The notes beneath the pieces were generated by a model that was not told the origin of the DNA, ran no database searches, and saw nothing but the letters and a program-made list of their open reading frames with translations. DNA of 61,909 nucleotides from Basidiobolus meristosporus CBS 931.73. Taxonomy: Eukaryota > Fungi > Basidiobolomycota. This document shows, in pieces, positions 1 through 12,285 of the stretch; the stretch's first letter is position 1, and the number at the start of each line of letters is the position of its first letter. The stretch lies in NCBI GenBank assembly GCA_002104905.1, contig MCFE01000526.1:1-61909 (forward strand), read 5' to 3'. The position numbers and the translations under genes were made by a program.

Positions 1-348
1 CATTATATTCTGCAGTCAGAAAAACCCAAGCTGGCCTACCTGAAGTACTTGACAGACCTTTGGCAGCAATATCTGAAGTAGCAAACTCCCTTTATGATGA
101 ATATCAATCCTTATCATATTCCCCTCATTAATGTTGTTCACAAATCATTCTTACCCCTCTTGCTACCCCCCTTCCCATTGAACAGTGTCTTGAGCACTGA
201 AGAACTATCATCACTTCTTGTAAACTTACCTACAAATTCCCCTCAGCTACACACTCTTGTATCAAAGCTACAACAGTAATGCTGGCTTCTTTGTTTTAAC
301 TGAAATAAAGATTTCACCTGTTGGTGACTGTTTCCCCCCCTAACCCTA

Positions 349-909
349 AAATCCAACTTTTCATGCTAGTACCAAGCACATGGATATTAGACATCATTTC
401 ATATGTGAAGCTATTGAGAATAACTTAGTTAGCTTAGTTTCCTGCCCTTCAGATGAAATCATTGCAGACATATTTACCAAACCATTAGCAAGAGACAAGT
501 TTGAATATCTTAGGTCAAAATTAGGACTGGTCAGTATAAACATTTAGCTGAGTGGGAGTGTTGTAAAAAATTTGTAATTCCACCCAAATATTCACCTAGC
601 TTAGTCACTTAGATCCTTACCTTCAAATCTTAGGGAATACTGGCCAAATATCTTGTTGGGATTTACTTGGAACATTTTCACCAAAATATCAGATACCCAC
701 AATATGAAAATTAGATAAGTTGTCCAAACAGCCCCAACCTTTGCACACATGTTCTTGGGACCTTCCTAAACCTATTCTACGTGTTTGTAATGCCAAGACC
801 ATGTAAAAGTATAAATACTACTTTTACATTCAATAAATCATTATGTGAAAGCCACATAATTCACTTGTCCTTTCAAATCACTTCCAATATCTCCAAGACT
901 CTTACAACA
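349..909 (+). mobile_element. 5'-truncated Ty1/copia remnant: RNase H C-terminus, polypurine tract (PPT) and complete 3' LTR (559-909)
   Basis: 349-558 matches the end of the intact element at about 57186-57395 (tcatgctag...agacatcatttcata...gtgggag). The LTR runs TGTTGTAA...TTACAACA and is 351 bp. Confidence 0.93.
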
Positions 910-946
910 ATTTCTTCAAGTTATCCAATTACCCCTAAGCCTTGAT

Positions 947-1107
947 TGCATGCTCTTTGGACCTTTCTAAACATATTCTGTGTGCTTGTTTTGTCAAAAG
1001 CATGTAAAAGTATTACTACTAATTCCTACATTCAGTTAATCATCAAGTGAAACCAAAAATCATTTGTTCTCCTAATCACTTCAAATGTCTCCAAGATTAG
1101 CACAACA
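947..1107 (+). repeat. Diverged 3' half of a copia LTR
   Basis: Aligns to the 3' half of the 53058-53408 LTR (ggacctt..taaacatattc...catgtaaaagtat...ctccaaga..acaaca). Confidence 0.85.
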
Positions 1108-1109
1108 AA

Positions 1110-1612
1110 ACCCACTTTATTCTTTCTTCTAATACTTTGTGGCTTCTTCTCCTACAGCCTCAGGAGAGCTTTCTCCTCCCATAATAATGTCCCAAAGGTC
1201 TTACTCCTGTAGCCATATCTTCATCTTCACCATTCAGACTTATTAGTTAGATACATTCAACTTTTTAGCAGAGGGAAAAGCTCCAGTAGTAGCAGTAATA
1301 CACATTCCAGAGAGTGACAGCTTGGAGCTCATAACCTGTTGTAAAAGCCTTGGAAATATTGGAAGTAATGAGAGAACAAGTAGATTACATAGTTTACACT
1401 TGAAGATTTATTATATGTCAAAGTAGATTTTATTCTTTGACATGATCTTAGCAAAACTTGAATATAAAATATGTTTAGGAAGGTCCCAAGAGCATGTGTG
1501 CAAAGTTTGGGGCTGTTTGAACAACTGCTCATAATTTCATTTTCTGGGCACCTATGTATTGGTGAAAATATTTCAAGTAATTGTTAACAAGGAACTTGTC
1601 AGAAATCTAAAA
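1110..1612 (-). mobile_element. Decayed copia 5' end: partial 5' LTR (1337-~1612), primer-binding site (PBS, 1325-1336) and degenerate gag start
   Basis: The minus strand reads ...acaaca|GGTTATGAGCTC-caagctgtcactctctggaatg..., collinear with 53409-~53635 of the intact element, with stops and indels. Confidence 0.88.
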
Positions 1613-1845
1613 AAGCTACCAGTAGTGAAAGTGGACTAAATAAGTTGACCCTACTATGGAGTTTTGCAAGGTATACTGCTAGAGATCCAATACAATTGAT
1701 ATGCATGAGTTTATAATTTTGCGGTTTAGACTTCACTGTGGAAGTATTATTATTCACAATGCAGATAAAAACCAGATAATCCATCCAGGAATATTGCCAA
1801 CGATTCACAAAAAACAAAGGGGTATTGAACCTGCTCACATGATAA

Positions 1846-3312
1846 CTAAATTTGTTTCATCAACCAGGACAATAAGTCAACTTTCGTAACTACATGCTGC
1901 ACAGTAAGCTCAGCAGTGGAAAGGTCTTTGCTGTGGTCACCTTCACGTTTGGTCACAATGGCTGAGGAGTTGGTTTCGAAGAAGCGTGACATATCTGCCA
2001 GTGGGGTATCTTCGGTGATTTCCACAAAATCCTTCCTGTTGGTACTAAACTTAAACATAACCTTGTTTACCAACGACTCACCTGTGATCTTGCCCGAGCT
2101 GACTTTAGACAGGATATTGCCCATTGTGACTAGACCAATAACTCTATGGGTCTCAGAGACAACAGGTAATTGATCGAAATGATGCTTCTCCATAATACTC
2201 AAGGCTTCACGGCAGCTAGTTTTAGGCTCCACGGTGATAGCTGCAGGTAGATTTAGATCCTTAATGGTAGCCCCACGCCACTGTTCAGTCTGCTGCTGTT
2301 CTTCTCTCTGACTGGCATTGTCGGTAAAGTGGTTTTCCTTCATCCAGTCGTCATTTAGGAATTTTGTCATGTAATTTCTCACAGAATCGGGTAAAATGAC
2401 GACACAGCGTTGGCCAGCCTTGAGCTTTTTGGCTGCTTTAATAGCAGCTGCCATTGCAGTTCCTGATGAGCCACCACACAGAAGACCTTCCTCTTTGATC
2501 AAGCGCCGCGCCATAATAAACGATTCCTTGTCGTCGCTTTTTATCCATGAATCGATATACTGGCGCTCAAGTACCTCTGGAATGAAGTCGTACCCAATTC
2601 CTTCAACTTTATAGCTGGTGATATTAGTTTCGTTAAGAGATTCTGGTTGAGCCAGAATTGAGCCAAATGGGTCCACGCCAACTATCTCGACATTTGGGCA
2701 TTGCTCCTTGATCTTTTTGGCAATCCCAGTAATAGTTCCACCTGTTCCGGCACCGGCAACAATCATATCTAATCGACCTTCACAGGCTCGAAGAATCTCC
2801 TCAGCAGTACCTTCATAGTGAGCCATGGGGTTGTTTGGATTGGAATATTGGTCCAGGATGACGCTGTTTGGGATTTCCTTGTTTAACCGTCTAGCCACCC
2901 CTATATGAGATTCAGGTGAATCCCAAGCAGCCTCAGTGGGTGTACGAATAATTTCTGCGCCTAAAGCCTTAAGCACATCAACCTTTTCTTGAGACATTTT
3001 TTCAGGCAGGGTAATGATTACTCTGTAACCTTTAACAGCGCCTGCAAGAGCCAAGCCGATTCCAGTATTACCGGAAGTTGGTTCAATAATTGTGTACCCA
3101 GGCTTAAGAATACCGGCTTTTTCGGCCTCTTCGACCATTCGTCTTCCAATACGATCCTTGACTGAGCCTCCAGCATTGAAGAATTCACATTTTGCCAACA
3201 GTTCGCATTCAAGACCTTCAGCTTTCGCGATCTTGTTGATCCGGACGAGTGGGGTGTTCCCGATATTCTCAAGAATGGTGTCTAATACACGAAGCTCATT
3301 AGAAACAGTCAT
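1846..3312 (-). CDS. CYS4: Cystathionine beta-synthase: PLP catalytic domain plus C-terminal CBS pair, with no N-terminal heme domain (yeast-type); single coding exon
   Basis: Motifs [17 protein letters not shown] (PLP Lys), TSGNTG and GAGTGGT, followed by a CBS-type C-terminus. The first ATG is at 3312; the ORF-track start at 3351 is a TTG. Confidence 0.96.
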   Translation of the reverse strand: MTVSNELRVLDTILENIGNTPLVRINKIAKAEGLECELLAKCEFFNAGGSVKDRIGRRMVEEAEKAGILKPGYTIIEPTSGNTGIGLALAGAVKGYRVIITLPEKMSQEKVDVLKALGAEIIRTPTEAAWDSPESHIGVARRLNKEIPNSVILDQYSNPNNPMAHYEGTAEEILRACEGRLDMIVAGAGTGGTITGIAKKIKEQCPNVEIVGVDPFGSILAQPESLNETNITSYKVEGIGYDFIPEVLERQYIDSWIKSDDKESFIMARRLIKEEGLLCGGSSGTAMAAAIKAAKKLKAGQRCVVILPDSVRNYMTKFLNDDWMKENHFTDNASQREEQQQTEQWRGATIKDLNLPAAITVEPKTSCREALSIMEKHHFDQLPVVSETHRVIGLVTMGNILSKVSSGKITGESLVNKVMFKFSTNRKDFVEITEDTPLADMSRFFETNSSAIVTKREGDHSKDLSTAELTVQHVVTKVDLLSWLMKQI

Positions 3313-4160
3313 TCTGTAAAAATTGGAATAGGTAGCAGTAGGAGTGAACAATAGAAAGGTGGGATAAGAGCGATTGCCGATGGCGAAAGTGAGGACTTTT
3401 TATTGAGATTTTAGCACCACATTCAACGAATATTATAATGACTGAGGCTTACAAATATACTGTGGAAGTGTGGGAGATGTCATGTGTGTAACATGGCTAG
3501 ATGATGTCTCAGTATCCACAGGACTACGTAAGGTAACAGTCCAACCATGGATCCAACTAAATTGATTATATTATAAATGTACAAATAAAGTATCAGATAT
3601 GCATTACTAAACAAAACAGGCTCTTGCAACGCTCATGATTTAATAACCCGGTTGTCTTCAACAAAATCAAGCAGTATGTGTATGCATTTGATTAGTGATC
3701 CAAACTTCTCAGGCTTTGACCATTGCCTATTTGACGAACAATTCGGATTTTCACACAGTCATAATATGTGGGAGCCAACCCCAAATTCTCACATACTAGT
3801 AGGAACTATCTAGAAGGCAGGTTGGAGCCGAGACTTGGGGATGACGACAGTAGGCCGACTATTATCCAGCTGATGCGCTACTGAAGCATTATGAGCGGTT
3901 CATTCGCCCCTCACCACGCCCGTCTACATCAAGAATGCACCCATATGTTCTGGTAAGTGCATGAATAAATACCGACCCGCCTCATTTTCACTACTGTTAA
4001 GGATAAAGATCCATCAAGTGAATCTGCTTTTGACGGCAGTTCAATTTATGGCGAATGGTACGCCTACCACAGATATCCGTAAGAGTATGGAACTCAGGCT
4101 GGTGGTTATATAGTTTATCGATGCATATATACTAGTAGCAATAATACCGCATACGAGTAT

Positions 4161-6197
4161 CTAGAAGCGGCTTGTATCTCTGCCGAAAATCCATGTCAAG
4201 AACCAATACATTGGAATCAGTACCTTGTTCTTGTTTGAAACACTCATAGTAAAGTAGGCTGATCGCCAGAATAGCCATGACATCCATCCAGCATACTTCA
4301 TATCATGAGCCTTATCCGAGCCAACCTCGACAATTGCTTTGAACAGTAAGGTTAGCAGCTTGCACGAAGATACTAGGCAGTTAAAAGCAGACATTTTACC
4401 AACCTTTCCAGCCACCTACATATGCCATGCTAGCGAAATGGCGGTAATCGAAAGGTTTGATCTCTTCTACAATATTGGGAGAACCTTCTCGAGCGATTTT
4501 GTTCAAGGCTATGACATTGACTGTTTGTAAACTATGGCACCAATTGTAGGCGATGGATTCTAGCACGCTACCTTTGACCAAATATTCTCCTTTTTGCTTC
4601 GCAACTTGAGCAGTAGCCGGTAAATCGTAGTCTTTAATTGTCGCGCAATCGCCTATAGCATAACTACATTGAGCATTAGCTTGCATTCGTCAGTGAGAGC
4701 AGATATTTTACATACACATTCTTGATAGGATCTTGAGTTAGGGGATCCAGAATGCGGAAATGGCGATCAGTAATCAAGCGCTTTCTACCGTCTTTTGCGA
4801 CTAGCCCCTCCATAGCCTTTATGAGTGGGTTTTCGGTCAACCCTGTCGCCCAAACAACCAAGCCTGTGTGTTCTAAGAAATCAATTAGCAAACCATTTAG
4901 GGCACACTGTGCATTGGCCTTGATATACTTTCGCCTTCGCCCTTGATTTTTATGGAATCGGGGCAGACCTCTTCGATTATCGCCCCCGTGCGTATTTTAA
5001 TCCCTCTTCTCATGAAGCGCTTAGTCACATACTGCTCTAGCGAAGAGTCAAAGTTCGAAAGGATCGTGGGCGCCACATCATAGATGGTCATTTGGACTTT
5101 GTCGATGAGATTGGGATAGAGTTTTGAGAGATCATCGGTGATGAAGTCGTGTAGTTCTCCAGAGAATTCGATCCCCTATTTGTAGGAATTACCTCTGCAA
5201 CTAACCATGAGTGTTACTTGGATATTGACTGCTTACTGTAGGGCCACCTCCAACAACTATTCCAAATAAGGTACACCCATGATTGAATTAGTCGTGATCG
5301 ATCATACAAATATTATGCACCTAGAATTACCTGCGAAATGTAACAATGCAAGCTGAGCTTTTTCAGATATCCCGGGCTGCGACGCTTGCTCAAAGCCTAC
5401 ATGTCGAGAAGTGACGCTTAGTGATGGGTGTATCAAAGCACAACGTTCCATCTTACGCTCAATTACACGGTGACGAATTCCTCTTGCATCGTTAATGTCT
5501 TTCAAAAAGAAGGCATTCTCCTGAACCCCAGGAACATTGAACGTATTGGAATATGCACCCACAGATATAACCAGAGTATCGTAATCAAGTACAAATTTTT
5601 CTGTCTTGTCGCCCAGGTTACTGGTGCATAGAATTTGTTTCTTTTTCAAATCTAGTGGTGGCATAGAAATCAATATAAGCACTATTTCAATTTTGGTAAT
5701 AAGCCTACTCAACTTACCAATACTATCACACCACGCCTCGTATACGTTCGCTTCCCTGGCATGTTGCTTTACGGGCTCCAAAATACAACGAGATTCCAGT
5801 GTTCCGACTGAAGTGCTAGCAAGCAGTGGAGTGAATACGAAGTAATTGCGTGGAGAGACCACTTGAACATCGTAGTTCTTTTTGTTAATTTTCTTGAGAA
5901 CTTGGAAGCCTATTACAATCGTGTGAGTGGCTTGATCATGAACATGTAGCAAACGATGCTTAAAGCTCATTACCAGCCCAACCAGATCCTAGGTGGATAG
6001 TGCCAGACATTAGCAACATAGCAACAAAGAGGCACTACGATGTGTCCTACCTAGAACAACCAATCGTCCTAGTTCACGTGATCCAGAATATTGCCCAGTT
6101 TTAGTGCAAAGGCTTAACCCTCGAGCAGTAAAAATGGCGTACCTTGGCTTTTTCCAACAGAAGTCACATATCTTCTTGGGGCCCCATACCCCAACAT
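4161..6197 (-). CDS. Type II (alternative, rotenone-insensitive) NADH dehydrogenase, multi-exon
   Basis: The spliced N-terminus reads MLGYGAPRRYVTSVGKSQG-RLVVLGSGWAG-FQVL. Other motifs are VSPRNYFVFTPLL, VVGGGPT, YAIGDCAT, LPATAQVAKQKG and a C-terminal WIFGRDTSRF. Confidence 0.93.
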
Positions 6198-7611
6198 CTG
6201 AAGAGTTTGACTACCTGCTGCAACCCATGTGGTAGAAGCTTGACGGTGCGAGGTAATGTTAGAGAGTGGCTTAGACATGCCCCTTATCAATCCTATGTGA
6301 GGGAAACTATCAGCAAACGGCAGTCAGCCAGTCCTTATGGTAGAGACGATTGAACCTGTTAAAGAGGCCATCAGTTTACTCCGAGATTTAGCTGCGAAAT
6401 GGCCGAGTATATCGAATTCAACGTTGATCACAACCGATTATATACTGTCGATTTTTCACGGAGCTTACATTTGAACATCGGCGCACCTACAAATGGAAAC
6501 CCTGTAAGAACCACATGTCTATTTGTCAAACAAGCCAGAAGCCATCTAATCCAAAGGGTTTTGTGTTGTGCATCAATACTCCGATCTGTATAAAGATTTT
6601 GACTCGTCGACGCTCGTAACGACAGCATGTCGTGTAATAGTTGTTCTCTTTGGAATAAATATTGATAAAATTTGACACTTGAGGCGTATTGGGGCCACCC
6701 GAATATCCGGTCAAGGGTGATCTCGTGATGGGCGCTGCCAGTAAAATAAATGTATACTATAGTGGAGAGGCCTGCGGTGGGTATATCCCTGACTCCTATT
6801 TTCGGCGACATCCTCCGTTGTTCTCCATAGAAGTCACTGAAAGTGCACATGGCTCATACACCATCCCCAACATCTCGCTCTATAGAGTATAGATGAGTCT
6901 ATTTAAGCAACATGGAATATGTGTGCTCTTTCAAGTTTCCGTTAAAGGATATGATGGATTACTACTGATCAGAATCAATCAAACGGCGTGGGGTAAATAG
7001 AAGGAGGTATGGAAATGTAAAATACGGTAATAGTACAATACAGTTGAAGCCCATGCAATCGTGGAAAATTGGGATACTTCATACTATTCTGGCTATAATG
7101 ATGGTGAATACATGAAGGCTCTAGTAGATTTGTATTGATTTTCTTGCACTAATATTTGAACCTTGCTGACTGCAGGCAGAAGGTTGACAGATCTGTCAGT
7201 ACGAAAGCTGGCTTTTCTATATTTCACCTTGGCTGCGGATTTCCAGCTTGTCTGACAATTCGACAGGCCACCGATTGGGATACACATTTACATGTATATT
7301 GTATAACCAGCGCATCTCCTCATTTTGTACCAATTGCATGCAAGATGTATCCTTGCGTATTTCCCTAACCCTAAGCTACTCGTTGGTCTGATAATCCCCA
7401 GCTAAATGGCCTTACACCAATTTGATACTAGGCTTGATTTTATACTTTATCTAATATTAGCGGTAATCGGCATGTTTGGCCCATTCATGAATAAAAACTG
7501 ACCCTCCCTTTTGGCATAAGATTGCGTGGATAAACCCTGGTTTATTCGGATGCTTCGATGATAATGCGTGGTGGATTGTATAAACTGCAGTAACCCTGTA
7601 CTTCTATTCTA

Positions 7612-8108
7612 TTACAAGTTGGGATTTTGCTCAAGGTACTCTTTCAGTTTGCCAGCTTCGTTGGCGTTTGTGAGTGCGTCGAAGCCACCTATATGGCGAC
7701 CATGGATAAATACATTTGGAACGGTACGTTGCCCAGTTAATGACTTCAATTCTTCTTGGATTTCAACCCCTTTGTCTAATATCAGGTTAATTCATTAAAA
7801 ATTCGCCTCTTGATTATTTTTGGGGTGCTTGTGGATTACCGTGATCGTTAAGTTCGACAGCTTTGTATGTTGTATTCAAGTCGTCAAATAAATCTTTGGT
7901 GCGCACGCAATAACTTGAAGAAAACTATTAGTAGGTCGTTTAGAAAAGACAATTATACTTGAAGTAGTTTACGGGCAGTAGCTCTTGCTGAAAACCTTGA
8001 AATAGAGAAAGTTTAGTTGAACCTCTGTTAGCCACCTTGGGGAGCTTTCCTTACCATCACCGGATTCTCGGCAATCAGACGTTTAACCAATTCACGTACA
8101 ACGGTCAT
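7612..8108 (-). CDS. Dithiol glutaredoxin (CPYC), 4 coding exons
   Basis: Spliced product: MTVVRELVKRLIAENPVM-VFSKSYCP-YCVRTKDLF...TGQRTVPNVFIHGRHIGGFD. It is not visible as one ORF in the track because introns split it. Confidence 0.92.
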
Positions 8109-8740
8109 ATTCTTCACGCTGAATATTTGAAGAATCGATTATTAGATATTCTTGAAAGCATACGTGCACCAGCATTACCTACTGTCAACGGAAATAACAA
8201 AGATGGAAGAAAGGAGTCGAGTTAACTGCAAAAATCGAAGCTAATCATAGAGAGACAATATTTATACATATATACGGAAGATGTCGCAATTTCCTAAACA
8301 ACTCGTACCATCGGGAATCCTCGCGGAGAGCTTTCCTTATATGAGTGGGTAGTGAGCTGATTAGATGAACGGTTTGAGCACCCATCCTGATATTTCCTAT
8401 TATGGGATATTGTGGTAGATTCAAAAGAAACAATCTACTGCTACATGCTGCCCTAACTATTAACTCATCATCTACTATGGGCAATTCTTATTTAATTGAA
8501 GATGATCATGCGAACGTTCATGAGCCATTGAATCATTTCAAGTAATGGATTGCCCCATCAATAGCTTCAAGAGCGTATTGGCTTTTCTTTAAACAAGGTT
8601 GCTAGCTAGCGCTGCAACTGCGGCTGTGTGAGAAAGGCTACTGTGAGTGTGTATAATGGCTGAAAGAGTGGGATACCCTTTGAACGCAAAGCTTTGCAGG
8701 TTGTATTTGATATTGTTAGAATAAATCAGCAGTGAAAAAA

Positions 8741-11700
8741 CTAGTACCCAAATAATCTATAATACTCCACTAGTAGTTCTAACTTGAGTAGGTATAAACA
8801 AAATATATACGGGCTTTGCCAAAGTCCTGGCTGGAACGTGCTAACACAAAGGTGTCTAACTGGATGTCCTATGGAGCGAAACCCCGATTTTACGCCTAGA
8901 CGAGTGTCACCAGAGGACTGGAAATTGAGGTTTGTATGCTTTACAGATCTACATTGCTTTACTACGAACAATGCGTGATGGGGGTATCCATGCACCTAGA
9001 CTGAGCTGGAGATTAGTTGGAGAGGTCTATTGGTGAGGGGATTGAGAAATTGATCACCTGACATCAGCTCTTAAGTATTGAACGTTGTAGTGCAATCCTT
9101 TGTGATGTACATCGTTCAGCACATCTACATCCTTGACAAGTGCTTTGAATGATTTTTTGGGGTCTTCTGGAGCGTTAACTTGAATTTCGTCGCCGATCAT
9201 GTATAGATATGTTTCAATAATCGCAATATCTGGATCTACTGGGAAGCGTTAGTGAGAGTAAAACTTTTTAGGCTACGAGGCTTACCTTCATCTTTTCTCA
9301 AGTTTAACTGGCTTGACGAGTGGTATTGAAAATTGAAAATAAGTACCTGTATCGTTATGAGGTGACGATTATGCATACCCTCCGGGAGTTGTTCTTCCAA
9401 CGAGCCCATCTAATTTCATTTGGGACTTGCTCGGTCTCTAAATATGCAAGAGCCCGACGAACCGCAATATGATGTAGGAAATTTGGAATCAGCTTCTTGA
9501 ATTGAGTAAACGGACTGGAAGTCGAGTCGAATATGACAAATTCGTAGGGCCAACATAACGAATATGTCCCATCCTCAAAATACCTGACTATATATTGGCC
9601 ACTCTTTGGCTTTCGCATGGATTTATCTGTCTCCGAGGTAGGAACCAGCAAGGCTGGCCACCAAAATGGCTCGTTCTCGTCCAAAGGATTAACAAAGATC
9701 GCCGTAGTTCTGCGGAATTCCGATACGGGAATTCCGAAACTCGCACGTGGATCAATAGTGTTGACATCGTCTTGTTTGGTATTTTGTGAATCGCTTCCCA
9801 AAGCAACATCCGTTCTGAGATCAAAAGTTGAAGTATCGTTGGCTGTTCTTCCGTAAATCCAAGCTAGATCCTCCGAATTGCAGTCTATGAGACTGTGAGA
9901 TTCCGACATATCGCTCACAGAATTCAATTCACTAGTAGGCGCCTCCGAGAGTTCACTACTGCTGTCATCATAGCCTTAAAAAGACATTAAGTATTCAGAG
10001 CCGATCATCATAAGAGAATTATTGTTACTTCTTTTCTCTTGTGTTAGTTGTGCGATTTGAGCCGTTGTTCCTTCGGTATTAATAATTGTTGCGGACGCAA
10101 CTTTCGACGAGAGTGGGCCGATATGGATAGAGGCTGATGGACTGGAAGAACCATCCATATTGTGAATTACTTTGTCACTGTTGCCGTGTTTTGCCAAGTC
10201 TTTGCTTCTCCTTAACGTCCCCTTGGGCAATCTACGACGCTTGGACTTGTAGCTGTGAGACATTCCTGTGGTAAATGGTTAATAACCAAGTATTGGAAAC
10301 CACGAGAAGGGCCTTACTGTATCTGCCTTTCTTTATAATTTGCCGAGTCTTCAAAACTTTCCCTTGAGACTTTGCATGACAAAAAGATCTTGCATTGGCC
10401 TCCATTAAACCTAGCAATAACTGAAGTCTCCAGGTTAAAGTTTAGTACTCTTGGGTCATACTTGAAAAGGCTATTACTGGCTGTGTCTCAAGGGAAGAAA
10501 TTGACTCAAGTCGATCTGGCCACTTGAGACCAAAAATTCTTTCGTGTCGTTCACATCGCGGACACACATCCTTTGCTTGGATCCCCTTGAGTTCTCGCAT
10601 ACAAACAACTGCTGGGTCTTCGGAGAAAAGGGCGTCATCAACCCAGATACATTTACAAACGGCGCAAATAATAGTGCATGACTTGATTATACTGATGACC
10701 TGCGACAGAGGCAGATTGCTAACGCTACTTGGATGTCTATTTGATATACTCCTGTCAAACTGATCAACCTTATCCTGGCTGGCTTTGAGATCTGCTGACT
10801 TTACTTGTCGAAGTAAATGCGAAATAGCTGAAAGAGCAGCAGAGTTATTTAAGTGGCTAGGTTTCGCAAAATCCAAGATGTTTCCACTGTGCGTATTATC
10901 GAAAGTATTCCTATCTTCTAGGAGATCAAAGAGCACTCCATATTTGTCCCTCATAGCCTGCTGCTCATTATTTCTCTGCTCGACTGCTGACTTCGTCGTT
11001 GCATCTGGATTGTAGGTGACTAGGAGAAATAAGAAAAATTACTGTTCAACAGCACTGGTCACAAATAACATCAGGTCAACTTGCTACCGTTGCTATTTCG
11101 CTTCCGTAAGCTTCTCCTACGGCTACGCACATGTTCGTGTTCTTGCAGAATATTCTGTATAGTTGGCTTAAACGCACCTTCACCCACCCTGTGAGATACG
11201 CCAGGATACATTTTAGCGTGAAGCAAGGTAACCCACAAGCTTGCGCATTTTACCTTTCACAAGTGGCGCATTGGCATTCGCAGTTTTTGTTGCCGAAATA
11301 ATTGCCTCCGTAGTACGTAGTGATTTCCTCACCTACTTCAATAGGCTTCACTACCTTGAGACAAATCCCATCCGGCCCGAACGGTTCGAACTTTAACAGG
11401 GCATGAAAAGCACCATATTAGACTTGGATGAAATTGTGGGTGATAAATCTGAACATACTTCACAATTAGAGTTGCAGTCGTGCTATAAACGGACCGTATT
11501 TCAAATCAAGAATGCATCAGTCGATAACCCACATAGCTTATAACGCATCAGTTGAGTTACAAAACATTGCCTACATTCACAAAACGTGCCGGTCCCAAGA
11601 AGAGACAATAACTATTTTTTCTGCTTGACCACATCACGCTGAAGTCCAATTTCTTTTGTTCCAGGTGAAGCAGCTCCTTTCGGCTTAATAAGGCTATCCC

Positions 11701-12285
11701 ACCACTACAGCATCTTATTTCCTCACCAGCCTCCCAATGCTTGGTTGCAACCACGGAAGCTTCAGTTTTGCGCGTCTTATAACGATGAGTCTGCCCGATT
11801 TCAAAGCCAGCTTCCGGGTGATATATTGATAGATACCGCTTGGAGTGACTTTGTTGTGAGCATAGAAGAATTTCACAAAGTACTCAAATTAGTGAAGCAG
11901 CAAAAGTTGGAAAGAAAAAACTCCGGCCATACTTAATAAAGCCCTGCGTGTCTTCCGAGCTTTTCTTTCGTAAGAAAGCCTTGATATAATCGAGACTGGA
12001 ATACCGAAATATCATTGGATTTCCGTGTCAAATAATGTAGGGCTATATATCCCAGGAATAACTCTGAGCTCCGTAAATGGAATACCTTAGCAATCTTTCC
12101 ATCGCCAAGTCGGTGGATCTTTTGGCAATGACTCCATCTTGAATGATGCTAACGATTTCTTCCACTTTAACGCGAGCGGAGCGCCGGTCGGGATTCATTT
12201 TATGGGTTTTAAACCAAAGGTACAACGAATCAACCAAAACATCACTTAATAAATCATCATATCTGGCCAACGTCTCTAACTTCAT
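8741..12285 (-). CDS. set9: Set9/SUV4-20 H4K20 methyltransferase with C-terminal PWWP-like and chromo-barrel-like domains; multi-exon, 3' end uncertain (~8741-8785)
   Basis: N-terminal LARYDDLLSDVLVD; YLSIYHPEAGFEIG; SET motifs LFLGPARFVN-HDC and GEEITTYYGGNYFGNKNCECQCATCE; fungal Set9 motif CPRCERH..FG..WP. Phase-compatible GT-AG introns link these to the 10442-10954, 9976-10263 and 9355-9927 ORFs. Confidence 0.85.

Noticed and set aside
94-279. ORF with LSTEELSSLLVNLPTNSP, faintly like the region upstream of LINE reverse transcriptases
   Set aside because: Too short and degenerate, with no RT motif in view. It may be a TE relic but I cannot support a call.
6428-6850. 140-aa intergenic ORF
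   Set aside because: No motif or coding-like composition that I can recognise.
7612-8108. Possible selenoprotein redoxin (some early-diverging fungi use Sec)
   Set aside because: The active site is CPYC with Cys codons and there is no in-frame TGA.
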